In this document: positions 59,420 to 64,000 of the stretch, one piece after another
Numbering within the stretch: the stretch's first letter is position 1
Layout of the letters: each line of letters starts with the position of its first letter
Assembly (NCBI GenBank): GCA_964410125.1
Contig: CAYPGQ010000005.1
Coordinates: 21,395 to 85,394, forward strand
Reading direction: 5' to 3'
From: an uncultured Eubacteriales bacterium
GTDB taxonomy: Bacteria; Acidobacteriota; Aminicenantia; Aminicenantales; Aminicenantaceae
Length of the DNA stretch: 64,000 nt
Position numbers and translations under genes: made by a program
The notes under the pieces: generated by a model
What the model was told of the DNA's origin: nothing
Seen by the model: the letters and a program-made list of their open reading frames with translations, nothing else
Databases searched by the model: none

Positions 59420-60730
59420 ATGACGGATAAAACCGGCCAGGAGCGCGTTCCTCTGGCGGAGAGAATGCGCCCTAAGTCATTAGAGCGATTCTGCGGTCAG
59501 GAGCACCTAGTAGGCCAAGGGAAAATCTTGTCTCAACTTATCGAGACAGATCATCTCGTTTCGATCGTATTCTGGGGGCCGCCCGGCTCTGGAAAAACGA
59601 CTCTGGGATACATCCTGGCACAACAGTACAATCTCCCATGCTTGTTTTTCAGCGCCGTTCTCTCTGGGATAAAGGAAGTCAAAAACGTTATGGCCAAGGC
59701 AGAAAGCCATAAAAAGTTGTACGGCCAGCCGACAATAATATTCATCGATGAACTGCACCGATTCAACAAAGCCCAGCAGGGCGCATTCCTGCCTTATGTG
59801 GAAAAAGGGGACATCATTCTGTTTGGTTCCACAACGGAAAATCCCTCGTTTGAAGTGATCGCACCCCTGCTTTCAAGGATGAAAGTTCTGGTGTTGAAAC
59901 CCCTGGCAGATGAGACATTGTTCCATATCCTCAAAGAGGCCATCAAGGATAAAAATGATGGTTTGGGAAGGTTGAGCCTGACGATAGGGGACCAGGCGCT
60001 CAAAATGATCATAGATTACGCAAACGGTGATGCCCGCCGGGCATTGAATACCCTTGAGATTTCAGCCAACCTCGCGAAAAAGGGCAAAATTTCGGTGGAG
60101 CAGGTTAAAGAGGCTCTCCAAAAAAGGATCCTCCTGTATGATAAAAAGGGAGAAGAACATTTTAACCTGATCTCGGCACTCCACAAAAGCCTGCGCAACA
60201 GTGATGTGGATGCATCCCTGTATTGGCTGGCTCGTATGATCGCGGCCGGAGAAGATCCCTTGTATATTGTCCGGAGGCTTGTCCGTTTTGCTTCGGAAGA
60301 TATCGGGCTGGCGGATCCCCAAGCTCTAACCATTGCCCTCAATGCCAAGGATGCTTATGATTTTATCGGTTCTCCGGAAGGGGAATTGGCTTTGGCAGAG
60401 GCCGTCATCTATTTTGCCTCAGCTCCCAAAAGCAACAGAGCTTATGTTGCGTTCGCAAAAGCCATGAAAGATGTGGAATCCAGTCCTTTCGAGCCCGTGC
60501 CTCTTCAACTACGTAATCCTGTCTCCTCATTGATGAAGGATATCGGATACGGAAAAGATTATAAATATGCACACAGCTTTGAGCCTGTGACCACGGATAT
60601 GGAAACTTTCCCTAAAAAATTCAAAGGCCGTAAGTATTATGATCCTGGCCATTTAGGATTGGAAAAAGAGATAAAGAAGAGAATCGATTGGTGGAATGAC
60701 TTGAAAAAGAAGACTAAAGCGAAAACCTGA
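59420..60730 (+). CDS. rarA: Replication-associated recombination protein A (AAA+ ATPase RarA/MgsA)
   Basis: Walker A GPPGSGKTTL, Walker B IIFIDELHRFNK, arginine finger region, and a MgsA-type C-terminal domain. Confidence 0.85.
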   Translation: MTDKTGQERVPLAERMRPKSLERFCGQEHLVGQGKILSQLIETDHLVSIVFWGPPGSGKTTLGYILAQQYNLPCLFFSAVLSGIKEVKNVMAKAESHKKLYGQPTIIFIDELHRFNKAQQGAFLPYVEKGDIILFGSTTENPSFEVIAPLLSRMKVLVLKPLADETLFHILKEAIKDKNDGLGRLSLTIGDQALKMIIDYANGDARRALNTLEISANLAKKGKISVEQVKEALQKRILLYDKKGEEHFNLISALHKSLRNSDVDASLYWLARMIAAGEDPLYIVRRLVRFASEDIGLADPQALTIALNAKDAYDFIGSPEGELALAEAVIYFASAPKSNRAYVAFAKAMKDVESSPFEPVPLQLRNPVSSLMKDIGYGKDYKYAHSFEPVTTDMETFPKKFKGRKYYDPGHLGLEKEIKKRIDWWNDLKKKTKAKT

Positions 60731-61033
60731 TCTATTTTTCTCCTTTGTTTTCTTTGAGAAGGTAATAAATTTCCCAACTTATTTCGTCAGCCAGACATCC
60801 GATGCAGGACTTTTCCGTGGTGGCGATTTCTTCATCCGTGATTTTTTCTTTGATGATTCTCTTAACTCGTTTTCTGATCTTGTAGAGCAGGATGTAATTT
60901 ATCATGGCCTGTAATCATTCGAATGATATCAGCTTATATTTCTTATGTAAACCCTGGTTTAAGCCTTGTTTCTCGGATAAGGAAAGACTTACCTCAACGA
61001 GCAAAAAATGCTATCATACGGTCTTTTGAAGGC

Positions 61034-62734
61034 ATGAAAAAATCCGCAATCCTTCTTTGTATAATCCTATTCAGCCATTTTTGCTCGATATTCAAAGCTA
61101 AGGTTGTTCCCTATCCAACGGGAGTGATTTTTCCTGTTGAGAATGCTCACGAACTCTCGTATGAAGGTGAGATCGTTTCCCTGATTCAAAAAGAAGGTAA
61201 TCTCCTTTTTTTCTCCACGAGAAAAGGGAAGATTTACTGTATCGATGGTCAAAAAAGAGAGATGTTGTGGAAAGTAGATATTTCCGCTTCTTTATCATCC
61301 CCCCCGTATCTCACAGAGAGCCGCATTTATGTCAACGACAGCGAGAACATTCTTTATTCTATAGATCGCAACGGAAAGCTTCTGTGGGAAACAACGCTCG
61401 TGAGCAAAATCACGAGCGGGATCGCAGAGAGCGGGGGGCAAGTCTTTGTCGGTACAGAAAATGGGCTCCTCTTCAGCCTGAATGTAGAAACGGGGGAAGA
61501 ACTCTGGGAATTCCAGGCCGATGATGCCGCTCGATCCAATATCGTTATTTGGCAAGATAAGGTGCTATTTGGATGTGATGATCGTTCCATCTATATTGTC
61601 GACAAAAGAGGAAGGCTTTCGGGAAAATATCATGTTGGGGGAAGAATAGGAAAAACTTTGACTGTGGCTGAAAACCTCCTATTTTTCGGGACGGACGATC
61701 GGTATCTTCACTGTTGGAATTTGAAACGACAAAAAAGAAAATGGAAGATTCGTTCCGGTGGCGCCACTTTTGTTCCTCCTGTTGTGGTTGGGAAACGGAT
61801 ATTTTTTCTGTGCTGGAATTGTGTTTTATACTGTTTGAACAAAAATAGCGGAACGATACTTTGGTGGAATTCTATTCCCTCCAGGAGCGATTATCGGATG
61901 GAGGTCATCGATAAGAAGGTTGTGGTATCCTCCTTTTCTCCGGAGCTAGTTTGTTTCGACATAAAAACAGGAGAAAACAAAGGCAGCTATGATGCTTCCC
62001 AAGAAATCAAATCTAATCCGGCCTGGTTAGCTCCTTTCCTATTGGTCAATCTCCATGACCCGGAAAACGACACAGAGAAATTGGTGTTTCTCAAAAAGAC
62101 AGTGAAAGTAACCCTTTCCTCCTCGAAAATATCTCCCAACGAACCAAATGAGGAGATAAAATTCACGGCAAATGACACCGGATTCCATCTGCCAAAGCAT
62201 GAATTTTCTTTGAATCGTTATATCAAAGCAAAGTTTTATCCGGATATTTTTTTCCTGTTTCAACAGGGAGACAGCAAAATCGTTCAAGAGAGTTCTGAGA
62301 TAGGAACCTGGGATTGGTTCCCTGAGGAAGAAGGGTATTACAGCGTGAACGTTGTTGTTGTCGATGAAAAAGAAAAGGCTCAAGCAAAGTTTCCTTTTTT
62401 AATTCAGAAAAGGGATGTCGAGCTGTCTTTGTCATCCTCGTTGGAATCCCCGCAGAAAGTCGACCAAGAAATTGTTTTTGAGGCTAACTTTTCCGGATTT
62501 GTAACCCCTCGATTTGAATTCCGCCTCAGCCGATTGGAATGGGTGAGTGTGGTTGCCAAATTTCCCATTTTATTTGTGGAGGATGAGGAGGTTGTCCAGG
62601 AAACATCGGTAGAGAATTCCTGGACTTGGACTCCAGGAAACGAAGGGTTATATTTTATCAGAATTATTGGGCAGGATGAGCAAGAATCGGCAACGGCCTA
62701 TATGGCCTTTGCCATTAAGCAAGGAATAGAATAG
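61034..62734 (+). CDS. PQQ-like beta-propeller protein with two C-terminal tandem Ig-like repeats (secreted)
   Basis: Signal peptide MKKSAILLCIILF. Repeated PQQ-like blades (YCIDGQKREMLWK, LYSIDRNGKLLWE, LFSLNVETGEELWEF...). Two repeats of about 100 aa at the C-terminus. Confidence 0.55.
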   Translation: MKKSAILLCIILFSHFCSIFKAKVVPYPTGVIFPVENAHELSYEGEIVSLIQKEGNLLFFSTRKGKIYCIDGQKREMLWKVDISASLSSPPYLTESRIYVNDSENILYSIDRNGKLLWETTLVSKITSGIAESGGQVFVGTENGLLFSLNVETGEELWEFQADDAARSNIVIWQDKVLFGCDDRSIYIVDKRGRLSGKYHVGGRIGKTLTVAENLLFFGTDDRYLHCWNLKRQKRKWKIRSGGATFVPPVVVGKRIFFLCWNCVLYCLNKNSGTILWWNSIPSRSDYRMEVIDKKVVVSSFSPELVCFDIKTGENKGSYDASQEIKSNPAWLAPFLLVNLHDPENDTEKLVFLKKTVKVTLSSSKISPNEPNEEIKFTANDTGFHLPKHEFSLNRYIKAKFYPDIFFLFQQGDSKIVQESSEIGTWDWFPEEEGYYSVNVVVVDEKEKAQAKFPFLIQKRDVELSLSSSLESPQKVDQEIVFEANFSGFVTPRFEFRLSRLEWVSVVAKFPILFVEDEEVVQETSVENSWTWTPGNEGLYFIRIIGQDEQESATAYMAFAIKQGIE

Positions 62735-62765
62735 ATCAAATAATATTTAGAGAGGAGGGAAAGAA

Positions 62766-63311
62766 ATGAATCGCGATGAAGCTTTGAATTTAGTGAAAGC
62801 TCATTTGAAGAACAAAAATCTCGTCAAACATTGTTTAGCTGTGGAAGCCTGCATGAGAGCGATGGCCCGCAGACTCGATCAGGATGAGGAGAAATGGGGG
62901 CTGGCAGGAATCCTGCATGATCTGGATTATGAGATTACCGAAAAAAGTCCGGAGCTACATACTACAGAAACTGTCAAGATTTTGAAGGAGAAAGGAATGG
63001 ATGCAGAGATTATTCGGACTATCCAAGCCCATGCCGGTCATGTTGAGTGCCAGAATGAGATGGAATGGTCCATTTTTTCTATCGATCCTCTCACAGGTTT
63101 AATTATCGCGGCCACCCTGATGCATCCCAGCAAGAAGCTCAAAGAAGTGGACTTGTCCTTTGTGAAACGCAGGTACAAAGAAAAGAGTTTTGCGCGGGGA
63201 GCCAGGCGAGAGGATATCGAACAGATCAAAAATATCGGTATGGACCTGGATGATTTTGTCGAAATTTGCTTGGAAGCCATGCAGGGAATCGATAAAGATT
63301 TGGGCCTCTAA
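62766..63311 (+). CDS. HD-domain (HDIG-type) phosphohydrolase
   Basis: H...HD metal motif (KHCLAVEA...GILHDLDY) in a 181-aa protein. Confidence 0.7.
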   Translation: MNRDEALNLVKAHLKNKNLVKHCLAVEACMRAMARRLDQDEEKWGLAGILHDLDYEITEKSPELHTTETVKILKEKGMDAEIIRTIQAHAGHVECQNEMEWSIFSIDPLTGLIIAATLMHPSKKLKEVDLSFVKRRYKEKSFARGARREDIEQIKNIGMDLDDFVEICLEAMQGIDKDLGL

Positions 63312-63346
63312 CATCTTGCTTCAAAATAGTGAAGTATTGTTTTTAT

Positions 63347-63508
63347 CCTGAATTATTCATAAATATGATTTTTTTAACGGGATTGAATGCTATATGCATT
63401 GAAATCAGGGACATGTACCGATTTTCCGAAATCGGTAACGTGTCCCTTGATTTTAAGCTTTTACATGAATAATTCAGGGTAACCTGGATAATTTATGAAT
63501 TATCCAGG
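63347..63508. repeat. Structured palindromic repeat element, copy B (MITE-like), followed by a solo terminal palindrome at 63538..63552
   Basis: Near-identical to copy A (35003..35209) but lacks A's two insertions. It has the same TIRs, central hairpin and CCTGGATAATT-TATG-AATTATCCAGG palindrome. It sits immediately upstream of the RocA-like gene. Confidence 0.65.
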
Positions 63509-63573
63509 TTATTAATGTATAATGTTAAATTCTTGAACCTGAATAATTCAGGTAAAAAAAAGGAGGAAAAGAT

Positions 63574-64000
63574 ATGAACGCTGTTGTGAAGATTCCACAT
63601 CCTTCGAATGAGCCTATATTCAGCTATGCACCTGGGACTCCTGAGAAGGCGGCTTTGAAGGTGCAGATTGAAAAAATGCTTGGTGAGAGAATGGAAATTC
63701 CCTTAATAATCGGGGGAAAAGAAGTAAAAACCGGAAATTTGGCAGACTGCCGTTGTCCACACGACCATAATCATCTTCTGGCTCAATATCACAAAGCTGG
63801 TCCAAAAGAAATCGAGATGGCTGTTGGAGAGGCCAAAAAGGCCTGGAAAGATTGGTCTGAAATGGATTGGATTTCGCGTGCCTCGGTGTTTTTAAGAGCT
63901 GCAGAACTTTTGGCAACCAAATACCGGGACATTCTGAATGCATCAACCATGCTCGGGCAGTCCAAGACCCCCCATCAAGCCGAAGTCGATGCTGCTTGTG
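63574..64000 (+). CDS. 1-pyrroline-5-carboxylate (L-glutamate gamma-semialdehyde) dehydrogenase, RocA-type (3'-partial)
   Basis: RBS AGGAGG at 63561..63566, 7 nt before the ATG. The N-terminus resembles Bacillus-type RocA aldehyde dehydrogenases. The frame is open to the window end. Confidence 0.7.
   Translation, partial: MNAVVKIPHPSNEPIFSYAPGTPEKAALKVQIEKMLGERMEIPLIIGGKEVKTGNLADCRCPHDHNHLLAQYHKAGPKEIEMAVGEAKKAWKDWSEMDWISRASVFLRAAELLATKYRDILNASTMLGQSKTPHQAEVDAAC

Noticed and set aside
35003-63552. Possibility that the repeated elements form a CRISPR array.
   Set aside because: There are only two long copies 28 kb apart plus scattered short motifs. There is no regular repeat-spacer periodicity and there are no cas genes.

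Overview
This 64-kb window reads as a contig from an uncultured, probably diderm, bacterium with roughly 50% GC core regions. Positions 1-36.6 kb and 58.9-64 kb are ordinary chromosomal genes. They include a partial LVIVD beta-propeller protein, a lactate permease, PhzF, a serine hydrolase, a SAM methyltransferase and a frameshifted cupin. A long plus-strand amino-sugar catabolic cluster follows: two tandem phosphohexomutases, NagB, NagA, a GH20 hexosaminidase, a Tat-signal aldo/keto reductase and an HGSNAT-like acyltransferase. After that come a sodium:solute symporter, an unusual zincin / PD40 propeller / Omp85 barrel fusion, a TauE exporter, an M48 protease, a PurF-like protein lacking its Cys1 nucleophile, a glycan-synthesis cluster (GT-C-like membrane protein, GT-A, GT4), a radical SAM enzyme and SurE. 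Positions 36.7-58.9 kb are visibly more AT-rich, encoded entirely on the minus strand, and end at a tRNA-Pro(GGG) gene. That interval looks like a horizontally acquired island. It carries three modules. (a) A Type III restriction-modification operon whose mod and res genes are separated by two translationally coupled extra genes: a PHP-domain / Rad50-SMC-like ABC ATPase fusion and an AlbA_2/Schlafen-type ATPase. (b) A Liv-type ABC importer operon that also encodes a cysteine-synthase-fold protein missing its PLP-binding lysine and a 638-aa protein with a C-terminal FxGxG...DPPH amino-methyltransferase-like domain. (c) A cluster consisting of an XRE regulator, an HNH + DGQHR(ParB-like) nuclease, two small proteins, a compact Rad50-like ATPase with a CPLC zinc hook, and a small PD-(D/E)xK nuclease. 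A structured palindromic repeat of about 160-210 bp with terminal inverted repeats CCTGAATTATTCAT / ATGAATAATTCAGG occurs twice (35003..35209 and 63347..63508). Each copy sits immediately upstream of a plus-strand gene. Short copies of its terminal palindrome are scattered through other intergenic regions, consistent with a MITE-like or regulatory repeat family. No rRNA, CRISPR array, integrase or transposase was recognised.
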